64,000 bases of DNA, from the IMG/VR virus record IMGVR_UViG_3300006754_000012, positions 7,110 through 71,109 of that record, one strand, 5' to 3'. Every line of letters starts with the position of its first letter. Positions within the stretch are counted from its first letter, which is position 1. Source of the stretch: a virus. A model generated the notes under the pieces. It ran no database searches, was not told where the DNA came from, and was given only the letters and a program-made list of their open reading frames with translations. Shown here one piece after another: positions 38,566 to 47,570 of this stretch. Position numbers and translations under genes: made by a program.

Positions 38566-39275
38566 TTAGGCGTATTGGTGGTGTGAAAGTATTCATTGGT
38601 GTGATCTCCCATAAGAGAGCTAAAAACGTAACTAAAATGGAAGCAATGTGCGGCCCCCTTACTTGGTACGTTGGGGAGGGAGAAGTGCAGCAATATGAAA
38701 TAATGGGTGCATCTAAAGTAGTAGAGTCTGGTGGTTTGTGCCGTAGCCGTAATGCAATCTTAGATGATGCTTTTGCCCAAGACTTACCTGCTATTGAGCT
38801 TAGTGATGATTTGCGCAAGCTAGAGATTGCTACAAATAAGGCTGAGAAGCACGAAGCAACACTTGATGATGCAGTTAGGCTAATGTTTAAAGCTTTAGAT
38901 AGTACAGGCTCTTGCATGGTAGGCGTAGCACCTACAGCTAATGCTTTCTTTTTCAACCCGAATAAGCCTGTACATACTAGTGCTTTTGTAGTTGGCGACT
39001 TTATTGCTGTGAAACCAACTAATCTCAGGTTTGATGAAGAACTGCGCCTAAAAGAAGACTATGACTACACAATCCAACACTTAATGAAGTATGGATCTAT
39101 TGCTAGGTGCAACGCAGTATTGGCTACATTCGCTCACCGTACAAACAAGGGTGGTGCTTGCGATTACCGTACAAGCGAGCTTGAACAAACGACTATCAAG
39201 CAATTAAAAGACAAGTGGCCTGGAATGTTGAAAGATAACCCAAAGCGTAAAGATGAAATCTTGTTGGCGATCTAA
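38562..39275 (+). CDS. TET-associated (TAGT/GREB1-like) GT-A glycosyltransferase
   Basis: ISHKR, LCRSRNAILD, LSDD, RFDEELRLKEDYDY, NKGG, LKDKWP. Confidence 0.8.
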   Translation: MIRRIGGVKVFIGVISHKRAKNVTKMEAMCGPLTWYVGEGEVQQYEIMGASKVVESGGLCRSRNAILDDAFAQDLPAIELSDDLRKLEIATNKAEKHEATLDDAVRLMFKALDSTGSCMVGVAPTANAFFFNPNKPVHTSAFVVGDFIAVKPTNLRFDEELRLKEDYDYTIQHLMKYGSIARCNAVLATFAHRTNKGGACDYRTSELEQTTIKQLKDKWPGMLKDNPKRKDEILLAI

Positions 39276-40312
39276 TGGGGTTTCTAAAAAAAAAGCAAAT
39301 AGGGAAAGGTAAAGGTGAGGGGTTACATGCGCCTTGGTCTGTACAATTAGAGCTTACAGAAGGGTGTAATAGGCTTTGTTCTTTTTGTGGCCTAAATGGT
39401 ATTAGAGACAAATTGGGTATGCCATATAACTATATGTCAGTCCACTTAGCTAAAAAGATAGCATTACAATTAAGAGAGCTTTGCCCTAAAGCTAGGGTAG
39501 AGTTTGCAATGCATGGGGAGCCTACACTAAACCCAAACTGGGAAGAGATTATTGGGATCTTTAGGCAATACCTACCAAGCACACAGTTTCAATTGACTAC
39601 CAATGGGCGCACATGGATGCGTTCAAAAAAACATGAAAATGCAGTAGAGGCATACGCTGTACGCGCTTTTGAAGCAGGTATTGACATAATAATCTTAGAT
39701 ACATACGAACCAGAAAGATCCAAACTCCAAGAAATGGCTAAATCCTGCAATAGATTTGAGGTAATGGACTTTTATGACGATTGTATTCCTGCTGGAATTT
39801 CCCCCTACTATAATTATCACCGAAAGAAAACGGGCCTAATGATAGTTATGGACGACATAGGGATCAGGTCTGGAGAAAGTGGTTCACGCACCTTAATGAA
39901 CCATGCTGGAAATGCTTCTGACCAACCAGTACCTGAACAACCGTACAGTAGGTCTTGTACCCAACCTTTTAGGGAAATCACTGTTTGCTATGGTGGTAAT
40001 GTAAACATCTGTTGTATGGATTGGGGGCACGAATATACTTGTGGAAATGTTGGTGAAAGGAGCCTAAAACAAATTTGGTGGGGGCCAGAGTTTACTGCTG
40101 CACGTAGGTTCTTACAAAAAAAAGAACGTGGCTTTAGTCCCTGTGACCGTTGTAATGCTGGCAGTGGGACAAGGGCAGGCCTTTTGCCTAAATTAGTAAG
40201 TCCAAATTTAAATGATTTAGAGGTAATTAAATCTGTACACGCAAAGCCACAACAGAACAAACTCAAACGAAAACTTTGGCCATCAATAAAAAAGACAGCA
40301 AGTAATGATTGA
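39275..40312 (+). CDS. Radical SAM enzyme with SPASM/twitch domain
   Basis: ELTEGCNRLCSFC, HGEPTLNP, TTNG, CTQPF...CCMD...GNV...CDRC. Confidence 0.9.
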   Translation: MGFLKKKQIGKGKGEGLHAPWSVQLELTEGCNRLCSFCGLNGIRDKLGMPYNYMSVHLAKKIALQLRELCPKARVEFAMHGEPTLNPNWEEIIGIFRQYLPSTQFQLTTNGRTWMRSKKHENAVEAYAVRAFEAGIDIIILDTYEPERSKLQEMAKSCNRFEVMDFYDDCIPAGISPYYNYHRKKTGLMIVMDDIGIRSGESGSRTLMNHAGNASDQPVPEQPYSRSCTQPFREITVCYGGNVNICCMDWGHEYTCGNVGERSLKQIWWGPEFTAARRFLQKKERGFSPCDRCNAGSGTRAGLLPKLVSPNLNDLEVIKSVHAKPQQNKLKRKLWPSIKKTASND

Positions 40313-40646
40313 TACTAAGCACGCGCCGTGGGGATCAACACTTATTTGGGCAAATGTTCCTGGGAAATATACTGGGAAGATTATGCGTATAGAAAGTGGC
40401 CAAAGAATGTCATTACAGTTTCACCAATACAAGGAAGAAACAGTAATAGTCTTATACGGAACAATGGTTTTCGAGAAAAACAATGTGACTTATGAATTAA
40501 GCCCAGGAATGTATGCTCACATACCCCCTGGAACACCGCACAGAATGGGGGCTATTGACAATGGTGACTTTGTTATTATCGCCGAAGTAAGCACGTTTGA
40601 TGATGGTGATATTATTAGGCTTGAGGATGATTACGGGCGAACTTAA
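40305..40646 (+). CDS. Cupin (phosphomannose-isomerase C-terminal-like)
   Basis: PWG, SLQFHQYKEET, IPPGTPHR, EVST, DIIRLEDDYGR. Confidence 0.85.
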   Translation: MIDTKHAPWGSTLIWANVPGKYTGKIMRIESGQRMSLQFHQYKEETVIVLYGTMVFEKNNVTYELSPGMYAHIPPGTPHRMGAIDNGDFVIIAEVSTFDDGDIIRLEDDYGRT

Positions 40647-42210
40647 TCCTATCGCATTGTGTGCTTAGCAATTTAGACCTGAACACATTTCCAGTAGGTA
40701 GCAGCCTCCATCCTGGCCTCCTACCAAACCTACCCGCCGCAAAACAAGCCATGTCTACTTTTCCACCAACGCATCCAATATTATGAGCGTTACCAATAAG
40801 TTTAGCGCCTAAGCTAGAGTACCAGTTACGAACCCCCATATTGGCAAACCAAGCTTCTGGATTAAACCTTACTTCCCTAAGCTCAACCCATATTTGTAAA
40901 CCAGTCGGGCCAGTTTGGACAATAGCGCAACGCCCACTACATTCATCGTCGGATTTAATCGCAGCTTCAATATCCTTGATCATTGGGGAAAGGTTTGTTT
41001 CCAAACCGCAGATATTGTCAATATCAAATAGTACCCACGACTGGCGTGAAGCAGCCCATTTATAAGGGCGCTTACCAAAGTGTGTTTCTTTCCACTCTGT
41101 AGGCTTCATTTGAGAAACGGAGCATAGTGATGTTGGGAGTATGTGCTTTTGTCCTTGGCTTATATCTGGGCAGTATAACTGTTGGACGGTACGCGCAGCG
41201 TCAGTAGGTTTAGCGCCTTTACTACGAGTTTCTGACCATTTTAGGATCTGTAGCGGCCCATTACGGAGTTTATGCCCAATACTGCGATTGGTGTGGCCTG
41301 TATTGTCGGCAATGTAGCTAAAAAGCTTAGCGCTAAGATAACTATTGGATGCTTTAACTGTAGAGACTAAACCACCTATTGGCTTAGATCCTTTACTTAG
41401 TAGGTTATTATTGTGCTGGTGGGCTGTTTTTTTAGTAGTTACGGCGGTTTGTGCGCTTGCGTGCTTCATTCTACGTGGAATAAATAGGCTGGTTTTATTG
41501 CCGCAATACTCTACTGAGTATGTTTGTTCGCAGGTTAAACACTTTGCACCGCTCTTTGCTTCAACCCCTGTTCGCCAGAGTATAAGGGAGGGTGAGTTAT
41601 CTGCGTGCTTATGGGCTTTGGTGTTGGGGCAACTTACGGCGGCTGTGCGCTGGCTGTTATGCCCCTGTGCTGTTCGCAGCTTGGCTGGGGTTGCCACGGT
41701 GCCAACAAGCACTTTAGAGGCGTTCTGTGCGCCACTAAAGCGCTCAAAAAAACCATTGTGTCTGAACCTCCTGGCTACCTCTAATAGCAGTTGTTTGCTT
41801 TTAGTGGTGAAGAGAATGTGCCTACCCCACTTTTGGCCAAAATGTAGTTTCCTTATTTTAGCGCCCATTGAGGAAGCTCCAGATAAGGAAACTTCAATCC
41901 AACCCAAATATTTTTTGATTTGTTTCCACGCTTTACCAGCGGCCCACCTAGTAACAGATGGTATTGATGATAAATATGTTGGGCAAAGCTCTAAGTACCA
42001 ATACCCAGACTTAACTTCCTGTATTTGATGGGCTTTTAATTCGCCCATTACCCACAGAAGCGCTTTGCCCGCGTTGGATACCGCGCTTCTAGTGCAAACA
42101 GAAGATTTGATTGAATCAAAAGCAAACTGAAAGTCTGTATCAATACTACCTATAGCACTTGATGGCCTAACTCTAGGGTGATACAATCCGTTTGCAATTA
42201 AATCAGTCAA
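40615..42210 (-). CDS. Hypothetical protein with Zn-ribbon and C-terminal primase-polymerase (AEP)-like domain
   Basis: 531 aa, the only long minus-strand ORF not shadowing a + gene. CP...H...CLTC; WVLFDID (DxD), QTGPTGLQIW, RFGRRPG. Confidence 0.55.
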   Translation of the reverse strand: MTDLIANGLYHPRVRPSSAIGSIDTDFQFAFDSIKSSVCTRSAVSNAGKALLWVMGELKAHQIQEVKSGYWYLELCPTYLSSIPSVTRWAAGKAWKQIKKYLGWIEVSLSGASSMGAKIRKLHFGQKWGRHILFTTKSKQLLLEVARRFRHNGFFERFSGAQNASKVLVGTVATPAKLRTAQGHNSQRTAAVSCPNTKAHKHADNSPSLILWRTGVEAKSGAKCLTCEQTYSVEYCGNKTSLFIPRRMKHASAQTAVTTKKTAHQHNNNLLSKGSKPIGGLVSTVKASNSYLSAKLFSYIADNTGHTNRSIGHKLRNGPLQILKWSETRSKGAKPTDAARTVQQLYCPDISQGQKHILPTSLCSVSQMKPTEWKETHFGKRPYKWAASRQSWVLFDIDNICGLETNLSPMIKDIEAAIKSDDECSGRCAIVQTGPTGLQIWVELREVRFNPEAWFANMGVRNWYSSLGAKLIGNAHNIGCVGGKVDMACFAAGRFGRRPGWRLLPTGNVFRSKLLSTQCDRIKFARNHPQA

Positions 42211-42297
42211 TTAGTTTCTCTTCGGGGCTTTTTGTTGTTTGGTTGTCAATCTCCTGGCTTTCTCAACTGGGAAATTTGAACTCCATTATTGGAACCC

Positions 42298-42340
42298 GCC
42301 CTCATCAGACCGCTTTTTACAATCTGGTGGGGGCTTTTTT
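42298..42340 (+). terminator. Hairpin plus T-run in the divergent intergenic region
   Basis: GCCCTCATCAGA...TCTGGTGGGGGC followed by TTTTTT. Confidence 0.45.
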
Positions 42341-42514
42341 AAAATGGCCACACTTACATATAGGGGGTTTAGCTTAAAACCGCACAAAAGATGCGAAAAA
42401 TGAACTTACGGCCTAAAGTAATAGAGGGGAGGGGGGCCGCCCTCCTACTACAGCGGTTAGGTCGTAGCCTTATTCAGCCTTACCCCTCCCCTCGCCCCTT
42501 TTAACAACGAACAA

Positions 42515-44041
42515 TTGAAAACTATAAAAGCAAGAGTTGGCTCTGAATTGATTTTAGATCATTCAGCAATGCCAGATAAACTTCGTTGGGCAATAGCGCA
42601 GCATTTTATGATAAAGAATCCAGAGCTGGAAAAACGGCAAAGGATGGGCCTGAACAATGGGCATTTACAGCAGCATGTAAAGTTCTATAGATTGCGCAAT
42701 GGGCCAGAATGGGAAGAAGAAATAATATTGCCACGTGGGGCATTTGCTAAGATTGCTCGTTTAGCAAAAAGGCATGGACATATAATTAGTGTTGATGGTG
42801 GGATCAGGGTAACAAATAGATCAAAGAAGATTCTTCAATGCAATGATCTTGGTGTTGATTTAAGGCCATACCAAATAGATGCCTGCAACAAACTTATACA
42901 GTCCGTTCAGGGGTATGTTTCGTTACCATGCGGGGCGGGTAAAACTGTCTTGGGCGCGGCAGCAATTGTGGCTACTGGCCAACCCTCGATCATACTAGTC
43001 CATACAGAGGACTTGCTTATGCAGTGGGTGGGTGTTTTTGAGAATATGTACGCTACTGATGTAAGGAGAGTTAGTTCTGGAGGTGGGGATTATAGGTGGA
43101 GGCAATTGGCTGATAATGAGATAGCGGTTGCAATGGTTCAGACACTACATGCAAACCCACTTAAGAGGAAAGGGTTGTTGGGATCTGCGGGCGCGGTGTT
43201 GCTGGATGAGTGCCACCATGCGCCAGCAGACAGCTTTAGATCTTTGTTTAGGGAAATGCCAGCAAGATACCGTTGGGGATTAACAGCTACTCCAGACAGA
43301 CCAGACGGTTGGGGTTGCTTACTCCCAATGTTTATAGGCCCACAATTATTTTCAATGAAACCGAGGCACCTTGTAGAACAGGGTTACCTAATGATGCCAA
43401 GCATACTCCCTGTTGAAACAGGGATAATTGTTCCGCCTGTAGCGTGGGGTACAGAGAAAGGTGGGACTAAGAAGAGTGCAAGAGCATTGAATTGGTTGTG
43501 TAGCAATGAAGAACGAAGGCAGTTCTTGATTGATGTTAGTTTTGAGGGGGCTGAAGATGGGCGCACATGCTTAATTTTAGTGCCTAGAGTTAAATTAGCG
43601 TATTGGCTATCTGATCAGTTGTGCCAAAAAGGAATAGACTGCAAAGCAGTAACAGGTAAAATGAATAAAAAGGCACGGGAATACGCTTTATCAGACCTAC
43701 GGAAAGGTAAGTTGCAAGCCATTGTGGCAACACAATTAGCAGATGAAGGTTTAGATGTACCGAACCTTGATTACCTTGTAAATGCAAGCACAGGTAAAGC
43801 AGGCGGGCGAGCAATACAAAGAATAGGGCGTGCCATGCGTGTTTCTGAAGGCAAGCAGACACCAGTTGTGGTGGATCTTATTGATAATGATCCAGTGTAC
43901 CGAAGGCAGTGGAAAAACAGGGCAATGGCGTACAAGACTGCTATCAATGCACGAATACCAAGTATAGTGCCCGCTGGAAAAGCAATTTCAGCGATTAAGG
44001 CTGAGCTTTTAAAAACAAAGAAAGGAGTAAAGTGTGGCTAA
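42515..44041 (+). CDS. Superfamily 2 DExH helicase (XPB/UvsW-like)
   Basis: LRPYQ, LPCGAGKT, DECHH, GLTATP, EGLDVP, QRIGR. Confidence 0.92.
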   Translation: MKTIKARVGSELILDHSAMPDKLRWAIAQHFMIKNPELEKRQRMGLNNGHLQQHVKFYRLRNGPEWEEEIILPRGAFAKIARLAKRHGHIISVDGGIRVTNRSKKILQCNDLGVDLRPYQIDACNKLIQSVQGYVSLPCGAGKTVLGAAAIVATGQPSIILVHTEDLLMQWVGVFENMYATDVRRVSSGGGDYRWRQLADNEIAVAMVQTLHANPLKRKGLLGSAGAVLLDECHHAPADSFRSLFREMPARYRWGLTATPDRPDGWGCLLPMFIGPQLFSMKPRHLVEQGYLMMPSILPVETGIIVPPVAWGTEKGGTKKSARALNWLCSNEERRQFLIDVSFEGAEDGRTCLILVPRVKLAYWLSDQLCQKGIDCKAVTGKMNKKAREYALSDLRKGKLQAIVATQLADEGLDVPNLDYLVNASTGKAGGRAIQRIGRAMRVSEGKQTPVVVDLIDNDPVYRRQWKNRAMAYKTAINARIPSIVPAGKAISAIKAELLKTKKGVKCG

Positions 44042-44261
44042 AATCAAGTTACATGATGAAGTTCTAACCCCAGACGGGAAAATAGGGGTAGTTATAGATA
44101 GGTTCTTTAGGGGCAAGCAAGCACTGTACAAAGTATCAGTAAAACATACAGGTGTGCGTGTGAGTTACAGTGAAATATTTGACTTTAAACGTGGTGAATT
44201 GCAAAAACGGCAGCCTGTCCTTAAAAGTGTACCGTTGCCAAAATTAGGCGTTGCAAAATAA
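44034..44261 (+). CDS. Hypothetical small protein (SH3-like)
   Basis: AAGGAG SD, 75 aa. Confidence 0.5.
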   Translation: MAKIKLHDEVLTPDGKIGVVIDRFFRGKQALYKVSVKHTGVRVSYSEIFDFKRGELQKRQPVLKSVPLPKLGVAK

Positions 44262-44279
44262 CCGTTGTGGGGGTACACT
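44251..44279 (+). promoter_or_regulatory. Class I promoter (TTG..-TAAC-N11-[-10])
   Basis: TTGCAA-17-TACACT with TAAC at 44259. Confidence 0.65.
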
Positions 44280-44305
44280 AATTACAATGCTTGTAGGAGG
44301 GCAAT

Positions 44306-44470
44306 ATGGCACAACACATTACAAACAATATTTTTGGTGAGGAAACACGGGTAGTCCATGTTGGGGACTTATGGTGCGTATTGCACGATGAGGAATACCA
44401 CTGGTACAAAACAGAAAAAGAAGCGCAAGATGCGGCTGCTGCTTTGGCTAGTGAGGTGAACAATGCTTAG
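44306..44470 (+). CDS. Small hypothetical protein (not in the supplied ORF track)
   Basis: Strong SD TAGGAGG; MAQHITNNIFGEETRV...EVNNA. Confidence 0.6.
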   Translation: MAQHITNNIFGEETRVVHVGDLWCVLHDEEYHWYKTEKEAQDAAAALASEVNNA

Positions 44471-44693
44471 GTTATTGTTGGCTGCCCTTATTTGTTCTGG
44501 TTGTTACATTCCGCCCCAAGCGTTGAAGAGTTGGGAGGAGGATCGCCTGCACCGAAGAGGCGCTTCTGTCCCGTGCTCCGCTTTTAGAGCAGGGCAAACA
44601 ATGGGGGGTGGTGATCGGGTTATTCGCGTAACATCACGCAGTGTCACGATCCGTAGTAGTTCTGGTGGCCATTATTCAATAGCGTGTAGGTAG
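44463..44693 (+). CDS. Small putative lipoprotein
   Basis: MLRLLLAALICSGC lipobox-like; GAGGT SD. Confidence 0.5.
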   Translation: MLRLLLAALICSGCYIPPQALKSWEEDRLHRRGASVPCSAFRAGQTMGGGDRVIRVTSRSVTIRSSSGGHYSIACR

Positions 44694-44779
44694 CGGACAT
44701 ATTTTGTCCCACGCATAAGTTATTTATGTTGTGTAAAGCAAAACCTAACCCTATAGGGGTAATGCCAGTAGGAGGGCAC

Positions 44780-46201
44780 ATGAGACATTTCAGGCCATAT
44801 AAGACAGTATCGCCTAGGTATGAAGGGGAGCCAATAGCAGGCTTGCCTTCTGCTGCGATGGTTCTAACAAATAGCGAACGTAGGGAGGCATGGTGTAGTA
44901 GGCGATGGTTGTTTTCTTATGGCAGGCTTATAAGTGGCCTACCTAGTATAGCCATGCAATGGGGTTCTTTTTACCATTCTATACTTGAGGATATGTATAT
45001 CCATTGGGCTAATGAGTCTGGTGAAAAAAGGTTGCAGTATTCAGGGGCAGACTTGTATGTATGCGGCGATACTTTACACCAAAGCGGGCTGCATTCTTCC
45101 TGTGGTAGGTGCGGCGGTAGCCTTTCTGGCCCGATAGCACGCATTGAGAAAGAGCTACAATCTGATCCAGAATATTGGGACAGGCAGGCCGAAAAGTATG
45201 GGGGGATTGATGGTTTATTAAAATCCCTGCATGACACTGCTGTTGGCTACTTACATATATATGGAATGTATGGCCCAAAGAATTTTGATGTGCTGGCTGT
45301 TGAGATACCCGTGGCTTTACCCGTACTTAATTCAAACGGGAAAGTATATAAATCACAAGTCCCAATTGTAGATTTAGGGGAGGGTAATGGGTGGAGGCTC
45401 GCTACCTTTAGGGAAAAGAAGCCTTGGCGTATGGTTCGTTTACCTTGGTACCAAATAGGTAGATTAGATTGCTTACTAAGGCACAAGGAAACTAAAGAGC
45501 TTTATGTTTTAGAGTTTAAAACATCGGCAAACCCAACCTCTTACGGAAAAGATCTACATTTAGACAACCAACTCCCAGGATATATAGCGGCTGCGGCTCA
45601 CCTTGGTTTGGGTAAAGTAAGGGGATACATTTGGGACGTATCTTCTAGCAGAAAGCAGGTTGAGCCAAGGGTTTTAGCAAGCGGAAAGCTCTCCACAGCT
45701 AAACAAAACTGCCCTAGTTGGAAGTATAAAGAGGCAGTTGATTTAGTTATAAGCGGAGGATCTGGGAGTACCGTTGATTATTCTATAGAGGATATAAATA
45801 AGTCTAAAGAGTTTGTTCGTTACTTAAAAGAGTCTGTTGACACTAAGCTTTACCATAGAGAGTGGGGTAATCCAGCAGAATCAGTCATTGATAGGTACGA
45901 GACAGAGCTTTTAGTAGATGCACAGCGGTTCGCTAAAATGCGCAGGGCTTTGGTAACTTCGGGTACTGAGGAATCAGTTTTATCATCATTCCCCCGTGTA
46001 CCATTCTGCCGTGGCCCAGGAAGCTCATGTTCTTACGCTGGCATTTGTATGGAAGGCGGGGGTGATCTTGATCTTGTCATTGATTCAATGATTAACGGCC
46101 CAAATACAGGGGTGGAAGAGAGGGGATCAGTTCGTTTTACAGAAACAAAAACTAAAAACAAAGAGAATAAGGAGAATAAGATATGTCCACCAATGTTCTA
46201 A
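44780..46201 (+). CDS. PD-(D/E)XK exonuclease (RecB/AddB/Cas4-like, likely Fe-S)
   Basis: WCSRR..., WGSFYH, GRLD...VLEFKT, QLPGY, C-terminal C..C..C cluster; AGGAGG SD before ATG 44780. Confidence 0.8.
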   Translation: MRHFRPYKTVSPRYEGEPIAGLPSAAMVLTNSERREAWCSRRWLFSYGRLISGLPSIAMQWGSFYHSILEDMYIHWANESGEKRLQYSGADLYVCGDTLHQSGLHSSCGRCGGSLSGPIARIEKELQSDPEYWDRQAEKYGGIDGLLKSLHDTAVGYLHIYGMYGPKNFDVLAVEIPVALPVLNSNGKVYKSQVPIVDLGEGNGWRLATFREKKPWRMVRLPWYQIGRLDCLLRHKETKELYVLEFKTSANPTSYGKDLHLDNQLPGYIAAAAHLGLGKVRGYIWDVSSSRKQVEPRVLASGKLSTAKQNCPSWKYKEAVDLVISGGSGSTVDYSIEDINKSKEFVRYLKESVDTKLYHREWGNPAESVIDRYETELLVDAQRFAKMRRALVTSGTEESVLSSFPRVPFCRGPGSSCSYAGICMEGGGDLDLVIDSMINGPNTGVEERGSVRFTETKTKNKENKENKICPPMF

Positions 46202-46989
46202 GCTACAAAAAAGCAGCAGAGCTTCCTAAAACAGCCAAACTATTATTTACTGGAGATAGTGGTTCTGGAAAAACACGGCTTTGTTGTACAGCACCAAAGC
46301 CAGTGATCTTGTTGGTTGAACCTAATGGTTTGATGACAATACAGGCTACCAACCCAGACGCAATTGTAGTTGAAGCTAATAACCTACAAACTGTGTATTC
46401 CTTCTTCCAGGATGCAATGAGTGGGCGGTTAAAAGACGAAACAGGCTGCGAGACAATTATTATTGATTCGCTTACAGAAATGCAGAGACTTATACGTGAT
46501 GACATCCTTATGCAGAAAGGCAGCGCTCCTGGTGCGAATGTAAAGTTTTCACTTGCAGACTGGGGCGTTTTGACTGATCGGATGCGTAAAATGATCAGGA
46601 CAGTACGGGACTTACCCTTTACGGTTGTTTGTACTGCGCTTGCTCAATATGAAACCGACGAATCTACAGGGATTAGGTACGCTATGCCGTCTTTTGATGG
46701 TAGGAAAATGCCCAATGAGATTTGTGGATACTTTTCGGCAGTTGGCTATGTTTATAGAGAGCAAGTCACTGAAGGAGAAGAGGTAGAGGTTAGGCACAAG
46801 GTAATGTTCCGTGGGCCATCCAACTACCTTACTAAAGGGCTTCCTGGACTTGACGCAACAGAAGAACCTGACGTTACGGCCATGCTTGCCAAAATTGGTA
46901 ATACCGAGGTTGGGAGCCTTGATATTGCAGGTGATCCAAAACAACCCAAAAAACAACGTAGAACACGCAGGCAGCAAGCCAGCAAATAG
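46183..46989 (+). CDS. Sak4-like/AAA_24 ATPase (ssDNA-annealing recombinase)
   Basis: GDSGSGKT, IIIDSLTE, DWG; flanked by nuclease and SSB genes. Confidence 0.8.
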   Translation: MSTNVLSYKKAAELPKTAKLLFTGDSGSGKTRLCCTAPKPVILLVEPNGLMTIQATNPDAIVVEANNLQTVYSFFQDAMSGRLKDETGCETIIIDSLTEMQRLIRDDILMQKGSAPGANVKFSLADWGVLTDRMRKMIRTVRDLPFTVVCTALAQYETDESTGIRYAMPSFDGRKMPNEICGYFSAVGYVYREQVTEGEEVEVRHKVMFRGPSNYLTKGLPGLDATEEPDVTAMLAKIGNTEVGSLDIAGDPKQPKKQRRTRRQQASK

Positions 46990-46997
46990 GAGGAAAG

Positions 46998-47507
46998 ATG
47001 GCACTTATTATTAATCCAACAGAAGAAGGTAACAGTGGTGGCGGCGGTGAACGTCGCCCAAAAGTTAGGGCTGGTAGCAAAGTCTTATGGGCCGCTGGTA
47101 CTAAATGGGGAGAATCAAAAGCGGGCAATGTTAAGATTGACGTTAGGTTTCTCTGTGTTGAAGATCCAGATGGAGGGAAAGATGTAGGGGGGTTCATTTG
47201 GGATACTTTTACACTAACGGAACGTGCAGCTTGGAAGCTGTCGCAGTTTGCTCGCGCAGCGAATGTTGGTGAACCTTGGGACGCAGAAGATGAAACAGCA
47301 ACGGATAATGTGCTTATGTCTTCCCCTATTATGGTTCAGTGTGAAGATGAGGCTGGGCTAGACGGCGCTATGCGTGTTCGCTGCCAACGGTATTCCACCT
47401 GGGGCGGTGAAATTACTGATGAGATGGAGGCTATGCTTGCTAAAGCAGAAGACTTCCACATGCAGGGGCAAATTAAAGCTGGAAACACTTCTGATATCCC
47501 TTTTTAG
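46998..47507 (+). CDS. DUF669-like ssDNA-binding protein
   Basis: SKAGN, IWD.F.LTERAAWKL, acidic DIPF C-terminus. Confidence 0.75.
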   Translation: MALIINPTEEGNSGGGGERRPKVRAGSKVLWAAGTKWGESKAGNVKIDVRFLCVEDPDGGKDVGGFIWDTFTLTERAAWKLSQFARAANVGEPWDAEDETATDNVLMSSPIMVQCEDEAGLDGAMRVRCQRYSTWGGEITDEMEAMLAKAEDFHMQGQIKAGNTSDIPF

Positions 47508-47521
47508 GTAACAGTTTAGAT

Positions 47522-47560
47522 ATGGGCGCAAGGTATAAGCGGAAATTGCCTTGCGCCCAT
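47522..47560. repeat. Perfect 12-bp inverted repeat
   Basis: ATGGGCGCAAGG ... CCTTGCGCCCAT. Confidence 0.85.
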
Positions 47561-47570
47561 TGGGGTACCA

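Noticed and set aside
41345-42028. 227-aa plus-strand ORF
   Set aside because: It is an antisense shadow of the 531-aa minus-strand gene, with a TTG start, no SD and no motifs.
44780-46201. Cas4/CRISPR interpretation of the PD-(D/E)XK nuclease
   Set aside because: No CRISPR array or other cas genes were seen. The nuclease-Sak4-SSB context is a standard phage recombination module.
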